From contig JBGUGD010000029.1 in the NCBI GenBank assembly GCA_041697335.1, forward strand, positions 1 through 19,452: a DNA stretch of 19,452 bases. Direction: 5' to 3'. Positions 7,307 to 15,773 of this stretch are shown here, in pieces. The stretch is from Vampirovibrionaceae bacterium NZW_1234. Lineage in GTDB: Bacteria > Cyanobacteriota > Vampirovibrionia > Vampirovibrionales > JAGQHJ01. The translations under genes were made by a program, and so were the position numbers. The notes under the pieces were generated by a model. It searched no databases, had not been told where the DNA came from, and worked only from the letters and a program-made list of their open reading frames with translations. Within the stretch, counting starts at the first letter, position 1; each line of letters opens with the position of its first letter.

Positions 7307-8539
7307 ATGCCCCCTTCAAATCAGCCTCAGATGTGTCTGGTACAAGTCAGCTCCCGTGCCTGGGGCGGCTCGGCTGATAGCGGCATGGCATGCCTGGAGG
7401 ACATCCCCTACCCGATTCACACCCTGCGGCGTCTTCAAGATGTTTTTCCCAACACACCACTCTGCCTGATTGCTCCTGACTTTGACCGAAGCGCTGGTCT
7501 GGAAAACCTGCTCCAGGAGTACTCCATGCACAATGTCACCATTGTCTACGGAGCCGCTGCATCCCCCTTGAAACGCATGGTGCAAGCCACCCAAGCCTTG
7601 GCAGAATCGGCCCCAATTTTGAGAATCAATGGGGAAAATCTATTTACTCACCCCCGATCACTTCGGGATCTGATGGCCCTCTGGTCAGACACGCCGCACT
7701 GTGACGGCGTCAAGTTTTCGGATGACTACCCAGCCAAGTTGACGGCAGATATCTACCGCGTTGGGGCCTTACGTCAGGCCTTAGCGTTATTGCCCCAAGA
7801 GAATGCGTTTCATGTGCATGTCAAACACTTTATGGCTCACCATCCCTCGTTTCAGATTGCCACATTATCACCAACACTTTACTACACCGATGATGAGATG
7901 CGGTCCCTGCGTCACGCCTTAAATACCGGACTGGGTAACCCGGAACCCGGCATTGGGCGCCTGTTAGTGGATCACAGCCTCAGCATTCCCCAAGGCGATC
8001 AGCTCAGTTTTCATTACGAAAAAGCATTGGACTATATCGAACCCGGTAGTGACGTGTTGGATATTGCCTGTGGACCCGGCTATGGCGCAAAAATGTTAGC
8101 TCAGAAGTCAGCCCGGGTATTTGCCGGCGATATTGATGAGACGATGATCCAGCAAGTACGACACGCTTATAAAGACGAACCCGCAATTGTATTCGATGTC
8201 ATGGACGCCACAAAGCTTCCGCTGAAGGACAACCAAGTGGATGCCATCACCAGTTTCGAAACCATTGAACACATGACGGATCTTGATGGCTACCTTCAGG
8301 AATTGAACCGGGTTTTGAAACCCAAGGGCCTGGTCATGATTAGCACCCCTCAAAACGGCTTTGGCTCGGTACCCTTAACCGTTTCTCACTTCCGGGAGTT
8401 TAGTTACCCCGAGCTTAAACACATCATTGAAAGCACTTTTGATATCGTGGAATTCATTGGCATCAAGCAAGGACGGATTTACTTTCCGAATGATCCCATT
8501 GGTAACAATTCCTTGGTCATTGCACGGTCTCGCAAATAA
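7307..8539 (+). CDS. SpsF-like (cytidylyltransferase-fold) domain fused to class I SAM-dependent methyltransferase
   Basis: 410 aa from the RBS-supported ATG 7307 (track start 7058 is probably overextended). C-terminal VLDIACGPGYG, AGDID, MDATKLPL, ITSFETIEH, RVLKPKG, ISTP. N-terminal half follows the SpsF pattern (YGAAASPLKRM, ILRINGE, YPAKLTADIY, HVHVKHFM). Confidence 0.85.
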   Translation: MPPSNQPQMCLVQVSSRAWGGSADSGMACLEDIPYPIHTLRRLQDVFPNTPLCLIAPDFDRSAGLENLLQEYSMHNVTIVYGAAASPLKRMVQATQALAESAPILRINGENLFTHPRSLRDLMALWSDTPHCDGVKFSDDYPAKLTADIYRVGALRQALALLPQENAFHVHVKHFMAHHPSFQIATLSPTLYYTDDEMRSLRHALNTGLGNPEPGIGRLLVDHSLSIPQGDQLSFHYEKALDYIEPGSDVLDIACGPGYGAKMLAQKSARVFAGDIDETMIQQVRHAYKDEPAIVFDVMDATKLPLKDNQVDAITSFETIEHMTDLDGYLQELNRVLKPKGLVMISTPQNGFGSVPLTVSHFREFSYPELKHIIESTFDIVEFIGIKQGRIYFPNDPIGNNSLVIARSRK

Positions 8540-8568
8540 TCCTGAATCGTTCTGAAAATTCAGCTTTT

Positions 8569-8608
8569 TGAAAACACCCCTGTCTTACAGACTGAACGGG
8601 TGTTTTCA
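8569..8608 (+). terminator. Inverted repeat, probable terminator after the methyltransferase gene
   Basis: TGAAAACACCC (8569-8579) / GGGTGTTTTCA (8598-8608), 11-bp perfect stem with 18-nt loop, 30 bp after the stop. Confidence 0.55.
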
Positions 8609-8819
8609 GCCTACCTAACAGCTGAGATCCCTTAATGCAAAATAAAGATCCCCCAACCAGGAATCCAGCCAACCAGACAGTAGCCACTTTTCTGATGACA
8701 AGCTCCGGAAGATTGTTTAAAGTGCTGACCAATGATCATCGCCATCCGTATCCGTAGACATTTCGAACCTGAAAATTTTGGTTTTACACAGAGAAGTGTT
8801 TGAGAAAGGGGTAACCATT

Positions 8820-9803
8820 ATGTCCAAAAACAATCTCTTTACCAAAAGCATTCATGCTGGCTTGGCGTTTTCCCTCGTTTTAGCCACCACATTGACGCCA
8901 GCTATGGCCCAATCCTCTGGAGCCGGGTCCACTGGTGGCACCATGGGTGGTTCTATGGGAGGTTCCACAAGCCAAAGCCATCAGCAAGGCCAGTCCTCAA
9001 GCTCCCCAATGATGACCACACCGGGGACCGTATCAGAAATCAATACGTCGACCTCCACCATGTCGTCGACATCGACCATGTCGACCAATACGTTCACCTT
9101 GGCCGCCGGCACCCCGCTGACTATCCGGCCGATGTCCACGGCACCGCTGCAACCGGGCAGTGAATATGTGGCCGAGGTCACTCGTCCTGTCGTGGTCGAC
9201 AATGTGACCGTCATTCCTACGGGAAGCCAAGTTCGAGGCACCGTTGCCAACGTTGATCCTGTCACCAACCGAGCTCGAGTCAATTTCCAAGAAATCAATA
9301 CCACCGGTGGCGAGAGTATCGCCATTCGTTCCTCAAGCGATGTCACGCTGAGAGGGAACGTGCAAGGCGGCCAAACTACCGTTCAAACTGGTACCCAACA
9401 GTATTTCCCACAAGTCACCATTGGGAGACCAGCCACAACACCTGCCGGTAAAATTGCCGCTGGTACCTTGGGTGGAGCCGCCTTCGGTGCTGTAACCGGT
9501 ACCCTTACGGGGGTATTAATGGAAACAACCTCTGATATTGGCATTAATACCGGTAGTGCCGCCCTTCGAGGCTTAGGCTGGGGTGCTGCCACTGGTGCCG
9601 GGCTGGGGTTTGTCTCGGGTCTGATTGCTGCTGCGGCCGATCGTAATCATACGGTCACCACCACTCGCAGAGTAGGAAGCTACCAAAACGATCCTCATAC
9701 CAACATTGGCGCCGCAAATGGCTACACCGAAGTCCCCGTGGCTTACTCGAACGCTGCCGAGTTTGTCATTACCCTGGATAGCCCTGCGACCATTATGCGG
9801 TAA
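8820..9803 (+). CDS. Secreted protein with VirB10/TrbI-like beta domain and glycine zipper
   Basis: 327 aa from ATG 8820 (GAAAGGGG upstream). Signal peptide ending AMA-Q, S/T/G/M-rich linker, LAAGTPLTIR...VAEVTRPVVVDNVTVIPTGSQVRGTV, GxxxG repeats, closing strand FVITLDSPATI. Family call is by pattern recognition. Confidence 0.75.
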   Translation: MSKNNLFTKSIHAGLAFSLVLATTLTPAMAQSSGAGSTGGTMGGSMGGSTSQSHQQGQSSSSPMMTTPGTVSEINTSTSTMSSTSTMSTNTFTLAAGTPLTIRPMSTAPLQPGSEYVAEVTRPVVVDNVTVIPTGSQVRGTVANVDPVTNRARVNFQEINTTGGESIAIRSSSDVTLRGNVQGGQTTVQTGTQQYFPQVTIGRPATTPAGKIAAGTLGGAAFGAVTGTLTGVLMETTSDIGINTGSAALRGLGWGAATGAGLGFVSGLIAAAADRNHTVTTTRRVGSYQNDPHTNIGAANGYTEVPVAYSNAAEFVITLDSPATIMR

Positions 9804-9840
9804 GACCTGATCCATAGAATTGGGGAATCTCCCTAAGGTT

Positions 9841-9895
9841 ACAGGCTCTGGCCGGCGATGGGCCGGCCAGAGCCCCAGCCTGTTAAATACAGGCT
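9841..9895. other. Strong GC-rich intergenic hairpin plus second hairpin, no U-tract
   Basis: GGCTCTGGCCGGC (9844-9856) / GCCGGCCAGAGCC (9862-9874) 13-bp perfect stem; AGCCTGT (9877-9883) / ACAGGCT (9889-9895). Confidence 0.75.
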
Positions 9896-9947
9896 TGTGC
9901 TTCGTCATTATTGCGTCGAGAGCCAAAAACCTCATAAGGATGTGTAT

Positions 9948-10919
9948 ATGAGCCTATCCATTCGTTCCATTGCTGTTTTCAGCAGTCTTCTCCTGGTAGC
10001 AAATTGCCCTCTACCACTCACTTGGGCCGAACGCGCCGAAACCAATATCACACATCGGTCTAATAATTCCAAAGGGGCCCAGACGCAACCCCCTGCAGCA
10101 ACCATACAAGTCCAGCCACAGCAAGGACCTTCCGTTGCACCAACAATCACTCAGGCACCCCCAGCCCCCCCCAAGCCGACTTCATCTCTCTCAACCACGC
10201 CACAACCTGAAGGCGAAAGGGTCCTCATTATTCCGGAAGATACCATCCTTGCCATTGGGTTTGACCAGTCCCTTAATTCGAAAACCAATAAGGTCAATGA
10301 GCAGGTTCAAGCGACCATCCTGGAGCCGGTCTTTCTCGGTCCTTTTTTAGCGATTCCCAAACACTCAACCATCTCGGGAGTCATCACCCACGTCAATAAC
10401 GGTCATGATAAGTCCGGACACCACCCCTATATCGTGGTAGAGTTCGAGAAACTGCACCGCCCCGGAGACAAGGACCTGATTCCTATTTCAGCCACGTTTA
10501 TTGCCTATAAAACCGGTATGCGAAGCCAACACCTGGGTCAGCTTCCAGACGTCAGCAAACAAAAATACAAGGTCATGCAACAAATGGCCGGTGGTGCTGC
10601 AGCAGGCGTTGCAATTAATCCCATTTTTGGGCCATTCATTGGTGCCGGGGCCAGCTTGTTAAAATCCACGATTATAGACCGCTTTGCCAAAGGGGGCGAA
10701 GTCCGGGTTAAAGCCAATCAGCCCGTTCCCATCACCGTATCCAAAGCCATTGATATTTCCGTGGTGGATACGACTACTCCCCTTGCAAGTAAACCGCCTG
10801 TCATCCAAGAGCATGCTGTGGCTCAGCCTGTTCCACCGACACCAGCTCCCTACCAAGCTCAAGAGTCGACAGAGGCAGAACCGGATCCGATGTCAAATCT
10901 CCTGCCCGGGGGCGAGTAG
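9948..10919 (+). CDS. Secreted protein with VirB10/TrbI-like beta domain, glycine zipper and Pro-rich linkers
   Basis: 323 aa from ATG 9948 (TAAGGA at 9935-9940). Signal-like N-terminus, IIPEDTILAIGFDQSLNSK...VQATILEPV...IPKHSTISGVITHV, AGGAAAGVA...GPFIGAGA, KGGEVRVKANQPVPITV. Confidence 0.78.
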   Translation: MSLSIRSIAVFSSLLLVANCPLPLTWAERAETNITHRSNNSKGAQTQPPAATIQVQPQQGPSVAPTITQAPPAPPKPTSSLSTTPQPEGERVLIIPEDTILAIGFDQSLNSKTNKVNEQVQATILEPVFLGPFLAIPKHSTISGVITHVNNGHDKSGHHPYIVVEFEKLHRPGDKDLIPISATFIAYKTGMRSQHLGQLPDVSKQKYKVMQQMAGGAAAGVAINPIFGPFIGAGASLLKSTIIDRFAKGGEVRVKANQPVPITVSKAIDISVVDTTTPLASKPPVIQEHAVAQPVPPTPAPYQAQESTEAEPDPMSNLLPGGE

Positions 10920-10947
10920 CTCAAAATGCTCTTGGCACGCTGGTAGC

Positions 10948-10976
10948 TTCTCAGACATTGGTTTTCCAAGTATAAT
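10948..10976 (+). promoter_or_regulatory. Putative sigma70 promoter of the peptidase gene
   Basis: TTCTCA (10948-10953), 17 bp, TATAAT (10971-10976), about 40 bp before ATG 11018. Confidence 0.5.
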
Positions 10977-11017
10977 GGCAGCTTCAGACGGTCTGGGTTA
11001 TAAGGGAATTTCATTGC

Positions 11018-12145
11018 ATGCTGGGCAGTGTCCGCTTCAGTGCCACGCCATCGGATGTGCCTTCTCAGAATCGCCCTTGGCGATTTTTTAAGAAGCGCTA
11101 CCTGCTTGGGAGTGCCGCCTTAGGTACCTTCTTGGTCCCCGCAGGCTGTACAACCTCACCCACTGATCAAATTCATCCGAGGAATCCGGAAATCAAAGCT
11201 CAGCCCGATTTTTTTCGTCAAAACGGCCGAATCCGGATACCTGTGTCACAACGCACCCAAACCGGCAATGGTTGCGGGGTCACATCGCTTGCAATGGCAC
11301 TAAATGCCCTCGCTGCCATGGAACACCATGATCCGAACCATCAGCCCTTTGATCAAGCCTGGTTGGACTTAGGGAACCGGGAACTGGACGGCTTCAGTTC
11401 TCCCCTGATGCTAATCAGACTGGCTGAAAATCATGGTGCCACGGCCCGAATGTACAATAACAGCTCACCAAAAGAGGTTATTGATTATTTAGATCAGGGT
11501 TGCCCAGTATTGGCCATCATTCGGCCAAATCTTTCGGAACCTGAGTTACACTATATTTTGATTTACGACTACACACCCGATAAAAAAGCCTTCCTTATTG
11601 CCGATCCTAACGGTTTTCAGACCACGATGGAGGTGGAGCGATTACAGCGGCATTGGGCCCACATGGAGATGAACCTCAATGGCTGGGATCCTATGAAAAA
11701 AGCAGGGCTTCCGAACCTCGGAACAGTAGAGACCGGATTAAATCAACCCATTTTGGTCTTGTCTTCCAAGAAAAACCTCCCTCCCAATCGTGATATTCCG
11801 GCAACCTGCTATGCCGCAGACAAAGTCAATAACGCTATCACCAATACAGGGCTCCTCAAACGCCATCTTTTTGATCCGGTTAATACCCGTATCCTTTTAC
11901 CGGTAAGAAACACAGCCCAGACAATGTTTGAGTCACAACCGCTTCAAGCTGCGGAACCTGTCTCAAATCCTACAACGCCAGAATGGAATAAGCCCAAATC
12001 ACCGAAACACCATGGGCTCGAACTGTTTGTCTTTGGCCTCGCGGCCTATCTTCTCTCTCAAGGACGTAATCCCTTCAAACGCCTGACTCATCCTATTTTC
12101 AAACTATTCCCCCGAAGCCTGTCAAAGCCGTTAGACCAACGCTGA
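11018..12145 (+). CDS. C39-like (papain-fold) cysteine peptidase domain protein, probably membrane-associated
   Basis: 375 aa. SQRTQTGNGCGVTSLAMAL (oxyanion Gln, catalytic Cys), GCPVLAII, LHYILIYDY (His), FLIADPNG (Asp). Hydrophobic segments near both termini. Confidence 0.8.
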   Translation: MLGSVRFSATPSDVPSQNRPWRFFKKRYLLGSAALGTFLVPAGCTTSPTDQIHPRNPEIKAQPDFFRQNGRIRIPVSQRTQTGNGCGVTSLAMALNALAAMEHHDPNHQPFDQAWLDLGNRELDGFSSPLMLIRLAENHGATARMYNNSSPKEVIDYLDQGCPVLAIIRPNLSEPELHYILIYDYTPDKKAFLIADPNGFQTTMEVERLQRHWAHMEMNLNGWDPMKKAGLPNLGTVETGLNQPILVLSSKKNLPPNRDIPATCYAADKVNNAITNTGLLKRHLFDPVNTRILLPVRNTAQTMFESQPLQAAEPVSNPTTPEWNKPKSPKHHGLELFVFGLAAYLLSQGRNPFKRLTHPIFKLFPRSLSKPLDQR

Positions 12146-12148
12146 GCT

Positions 12149-12177
12149 TTGACCCCATCGGGCAAAAATGGTAGAAC
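12149..12177 (+). promoter_or_regulatory. Putative sigma70 promoter of tyrS
   Basis: TTGACC (12149-12154), 17 bp, TAGAAC (12172-12177) with an extended TG at 12169-12170. Confidence 0.55.
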
Positions 12178-12213
12178 AGAAACAGTTGTCATTGGAATGT
12201 CGGACTCTTTTTC

Positions 12214-13467
12214 ATGCAACCTTCAGCCCCCACCATTGATCAGGTGTTTCTGCAACAAGCAGAGCACTTGTGCATGTACAGTGAATTTCTGCCTGGCGGC
12301 GTCGAAGCCCTGGCCCGTAAACTTCAGCAAGCCGCCGAGAACCAGAAGCCGTTGAACATTAAGTTGGGCCTGGACCCCACTCGCCCTGATCTCCATCTGG
12401 GCCATACGGTGGTCCTGCGAAAACTAAAGGCATTTCAGGACTTGGGCCATAATATTATCCTTCTGATTGGGGACGCCACAGCCATGATTGGTGACCCCTC
12501 CGGCCGAAGTGATACCAGACCACCGTTGACCAACGAAGAAGTTTTACAGAATGCTGAAACGTACCTGGCTCAAGCGGGCAAGGTTCTGGACATCAGCCGG
12601 GCCAAAATTGTCCGCAACCGTGATTGGTTGGGCCCCTTAAATCTGGAAGACCTTTTAAAACTAATGAGCAAGGTAACCGTCGCCCAAATGCTGGTACGGG
12701 ACGATTTTGCCAAGCGCTACGAGAGCAACCGCCCCATTGCGCTTCATGAATTTCTCTATCCTCTGATGCAGGCCTATGACTCCGTGGTGATTGAGGCCGA
12801 CATCGAGTTAGGCGGCAGTGACCAACGTTTTAACACGCTTTTGGGGCGTGACATTCAACAAGCCTATGGGAATGAAAACCCGCAATCGGTCTTGCTGATG
12901 CCCATCATTGAAGGGACCGACGGCAAAATTAAAATGTCCAAATCCTACCCGGATCACTGTATTAACCTGACCGATCCGCCCAGCGAGATGTTTGGCAAGC
13001 TGATGTCGATTCCAGATAGTTTGATTGTCCGTTACTTACAACTTCTTACGTCCTGCCCTCCGGACATGGGTGAGAAGGTTCAGTTTCAAATGGACAGTGG
13101 TCAGGTAAACCCCCGGGACATCAAGTCGGAATTGGCACGGTGGGTGGTTACCGAATATTATTCCAGCGACGAAGCCCTGGCCGCCAAAGAAGCCTTTGCC
13201 CGACAGTTCCAGAAAAACGAAATTCCTGAGGATATTCCGATCCAAACGCTTCAAGCCCTTCAGCATTTTCATTTGCCCACCATCATGGCTGAGTTTGGCC
13301 TTGCCAGCAGCAAGTCTGAAGCTCGTCGTCTTATTCAAGGCGGGGGTGTGAAGCTCAATAGCCAGAAAGTTGAAGACATGGATTATGAATTTTCCGGCCA
13401 ACTCAATCAGGAGTTTATATTACAAGTTGGACGACGTCGCTTTCTAAAACTGGTCTTTAAGGATTAA
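12214..13467 (+). CDS. tyrS: Tyrosine--tRNA ligase
   Basis: 417 aa. KLGLDPTRPDLHLGH (HIGH), YPLMQAYDS, ELGGSDQRFN, KMSKS, C-terminal S4 domain (SKSEARRLIQGGGV...LQVGRRRF). Confidence 0.99.
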   Translation: MQPSAPTIDQVFLQQAEHLCMYSEFLPGGVEALARKLQQAAENQKPLNIKLGLDPTRPDLHLGHTVVLRKLKAFQDLGHNIILLIGDATAMIGDPSGRSDTRPPLTNEEVLQNAETYLAQAGKVLDISRAKIVRNRDWLGPLNLEDLLKLMSKVTVAQMLVRDDFAKRYESNRPIALHEFLYPLMQAYDSVVIEADIELGGSDQRFNTLLGRDIQQAYGNENPQSVLLMPIIEGTDGKIKMSKSYPDHCINLTDPPSEMFGKLMSIPDSLIVRYLQLLTSCPPDMGEKVQFQMDSGQVNPRDIKSELARWVVTEYYSSDEALAAKEAFARQFQKNEIPEDIPIQTLQALQHFHLPTIMAEFGLASSKSEARRLIQGGGVKLNSQKVEDMDYEFSGQLNQEFILQVGRRRFLKLVFKD

Positions 13468-13573
13468 CCCTTTCCAAAAAGGGCTGTTCACGTTTTCATC
13501 AGGTTCTGTCTCATCGCCTGAACCACTTTCAGGAAATCGAACGTTTTTAAGAAAATCTTTCGATTTGGCGCCT

Positions 13574-13661
13574 TTTTTGTAACATTTTTGCAACAAAAGA
13601 TATACCAATTTAAGATTTGTTAGCAATACTTAGCAACAGATCGTTTTTATATATATAGAAT
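13574..13661 (+). promoter_or_regulatory. Putative regulated promoter with phased direct repeats and a -10 box
   Basis: TTTTTGTAACA/TTTTTGCAACA tandem (13574-13595), TTAGCAA at 13620 and 13630, TAGAAT at 13656-13661. Confidence 0.55.
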
Positions 13662-13705
13662 CACGGTAGACGACCTCACTCGTCGTATTGAGAGGTACCA
13701 GGACA

Positions 13706-13906
13706 ATGTTTCCACAAATGTTTCAACCGCATCTCAACCATCTGGTTCAAGCCACTGCCTATGCTGCTGCCAAGGGCGGTGAACTGCAACAGCAACGCGA
13801 TTCTAAAACTGAAAAAGCCAAACAAATGCGCTTTATTGTGACGAAAGAACAGTTTGAAGAACAACAAAAGCGAACCGATTCTGCCAACAACGGCCGGTTT
13901 GCTTAA
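13706..13906 (+). CDS. Small Q/K/E-rich hypothetical protein (66 aa)
   Basis: MFPQMFQPHLNHLVQATAYAAAKGGELQQQRDSK...NNGRFA. GAGAGG/CAGGA upstream of ATG 13706; bracketed by promoter-like elements and a strong terminator. Confidence 0.7.
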   Translation: MFPQMFQPHLNHLVQATAYAAAKGGELQQQRDSKTEKAKQMRFIVTKEQFEEQQKRTDSANNGRFA

Positions 13907-13928
13907 ACACTATCAAGGTATGCCACTC

Positions 13929-13963
13929 AACGCCGCTTGGAGATTTTCCTAAGCGGCGTTTTT
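13929..13963 (+). terminator. Intrinsic terminator
   Basis: AACGCCGCTT (13929-13938) / AAGCGGCGTT (13951-13960) stem, extendable by GGA/TCC, running into a T tract. Confidence 0.85.
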
Positions 13964-14102
13964 GGTTGGTATCTCAGCCAGGACAACTCTCTACAGGTCC
14001 GCCCTGAAACTCTCATTTGTCGGCCTTATGAGGTTAGTGATAGAATCGGGTTTCTCCCCGTCCATCGGGGTGCTCGCTTCCCCTCGGCAAGAAAGGCATT
14101 TA

Positions 14103-15749
14103 ATGACCCTCCCGGATGGCATACTTCCACTAGACCAAGCTTACCAGGCTTCTCAGCGCGGGTTGGAATACCATCATCATGGCCAATACCGTGATGCAGA
14201 ACCCGCTTTATTAAGTGCACTTTCGGCCCTGGAAACGCACTTGGCGCCAAACCATCCTGATGTCATTGGGCTAAAAAACAACCTGGGCGAACTGTACCGA
14301 GATCTAGGAGAATTTTCCAAAGCCCACGATCTGTTCCACCAGGCCTTGGAAGCAATGGAAGCACTCCACGGCCCAACCCATGAAGAGGTGGCTTTAATCC
14401 TCAACAATCTGGCTACGCTGTATGTGGATCAGGCCAAATATGCCCTGGCCGAACCCCTGTATCGACGTGCATTGACCATCCAGGAGTCCCAACTTCCTCC
14501 CAATCACAGTGCCCTTGCAACCACCATGAAGCATCTGGCTTCCCTATACATGTGTCTCAGCCACCATGCTGAAGCCGAAGCCCTTTATCGAAAAGCCCTG
14601 GATATTGATGAGCAGACTTGGGGTCCTAGTGCAGCCTTAACCTTGAATAACCTGGGAGGTATTTATCTCGAACTGGGGCAGATTGACGAAGCGGAAACCT
14701 ATTTTGAAAAGGCGCTCCTGCTCCTGGAAAACACGTTGCACGCCGATCACCCACATCTTGCAGCCGTGCTCAACAATTTGGCGACAATTTATCTGGAAGA
14801 AGGTCGGTTTGATGAAGCAGAACCCCTCTACGAGCGGGTGCTGCAGATGAAAAACGCAGCCTTGGGCGAACACCATCAACGCCTGGCAACAGCTTTTCGA
14901 AACTTAGGGGTGCTCTATTATAATCAAGGCCTCTTTTCTCGGGCAAAGCCCCTGTTTCTTCATGCCCTGGAAATTGATACAACCAGTTGGGGTGACCACC
15001 ATCCACATGTGGCCCTTGATTTAAGCAACTTGGCTATGATATACCGCGAAAGCGGGGACACGCATTTGGCCTTTGAGGCCCTGGAAAAGGCCATCGCCAT
15101 TAACATTGACATTTACGGTGAAGAACATCCGGCATTAGCCAGTGTGTATAATAACTTGGCCTTGATCCACCTGGACCTGGAAAACTACGATGAAGCCGCC
15201 GTGCTGTATGAGAAAGCCATCCATGTCACAGAGGCCGCCTGGGGCATGAATCACCCGAATTTGGCCACACTCATCAAGAATCTCGCCACCTTACGGCTCA
15301 AGCAGAACCAGTGGCAAGAAGCACATCACTATTACACCCGGGCCCTGGCCATTGAAGAAGAGTGCTATGTAGACTATCACCCGGCCCTGGCCGTCACCTT
15401 GGAAAGCCTGTCGACTGTTGCCTCGTTGCAAGACGATTTTGAAGCCGCCTTTGATTATCTGGAACGCTTGTTTTTCCTCAAAGTCGCCATGTATGGAACC
15501 GATCATCCTATTCTGGTGGACACGCTCAATAGTCTGGCGGTCATCAACTCCCGTCAGAACCGACTGGAAGAGGCTGAATCCCAATTGCTGGAAGCCCTTC
15601 GAATTCAGCAGATCCATGATGACGATGAAAACCCTGACCTGACCTCAACCTTGCTCAAAAACCTGGCCACGGTCTATCGGCGGCAACATCGAAATACGGA
15701 AGCCAAAAAACTCGAAGATCAAGCCCTGGCCCTGGATGACCTTTCCTGA
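14103..15749 (+). CDS. Tetratricopeptide repeat protein (42-aa period, kinesin-light-chain/TPR_12-like)
   Basis: 548 aa from ATG 14103 (GAAAGG RBS; the track start 13962 falls in the terminator). About 12-13 repeats of HP.vA..LNNLA..Y...G.y.eAe.ly.rAL. Confidence 0.92.
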   Translation: MTLPDGILPLDQAYQASQRGLEYHHHGQYRDAEPALLSALSALETHLAPNHPDVIGLKNNLGELYRDLGEFSKAHDLFHQALEAMEALHGPTHEEVALILNNLATLYVDQAKYALAEPLYRRALTIQESQLPPNHSALATTMKHLASLYMCLSHHAEAEALYRKALDIDEQTWGPSAALTLNNLGGIYLELGQIDEAETYFEKALLLLENTLHADHPHLAAVLNNLATIYLEEGRFDEAEPLYERVLQMKNAALGEHHQRLATAFRNLGVLYYNQGLFSRAKPLFLHALEIDTTSWGDHHPHVALDLSNLAMIYRESGDTHLAFEALEKAIAINIDIYGEEHPALASVYNNLALIHLDLENYDEAAVLYEKAIHVTEAAWGMNHPNLATLIKNLATLRLKQNQWQEAHHYYTRALAIEEECYVDYHPALAVTLESLSTVASLQDDFEAAFDYLERLFFLKVAMYGTDHPILVDTLNSLAVINSRQNRLEEAESQLLEALRIQQIHDDDENPDLTSTLLKNLATVYRRQHRNTEAKKLEDQALALDDLS

Positions 15750-15773
15750 CCATTCCCTAAAAATGAGTTTCTG

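Noticed and set aside
12146..12213. T-box riboswitch upstream of tyrS
   Set aside because: Only 68 bp intergenic, largely occupied by a promoter; no T-box motif.
13962..14102. N-terminal extension of the TPR ORF
   Set aside because: The TTG start lies in the terminator T-tract; ATG 14103 has a GAAAGG RBS.
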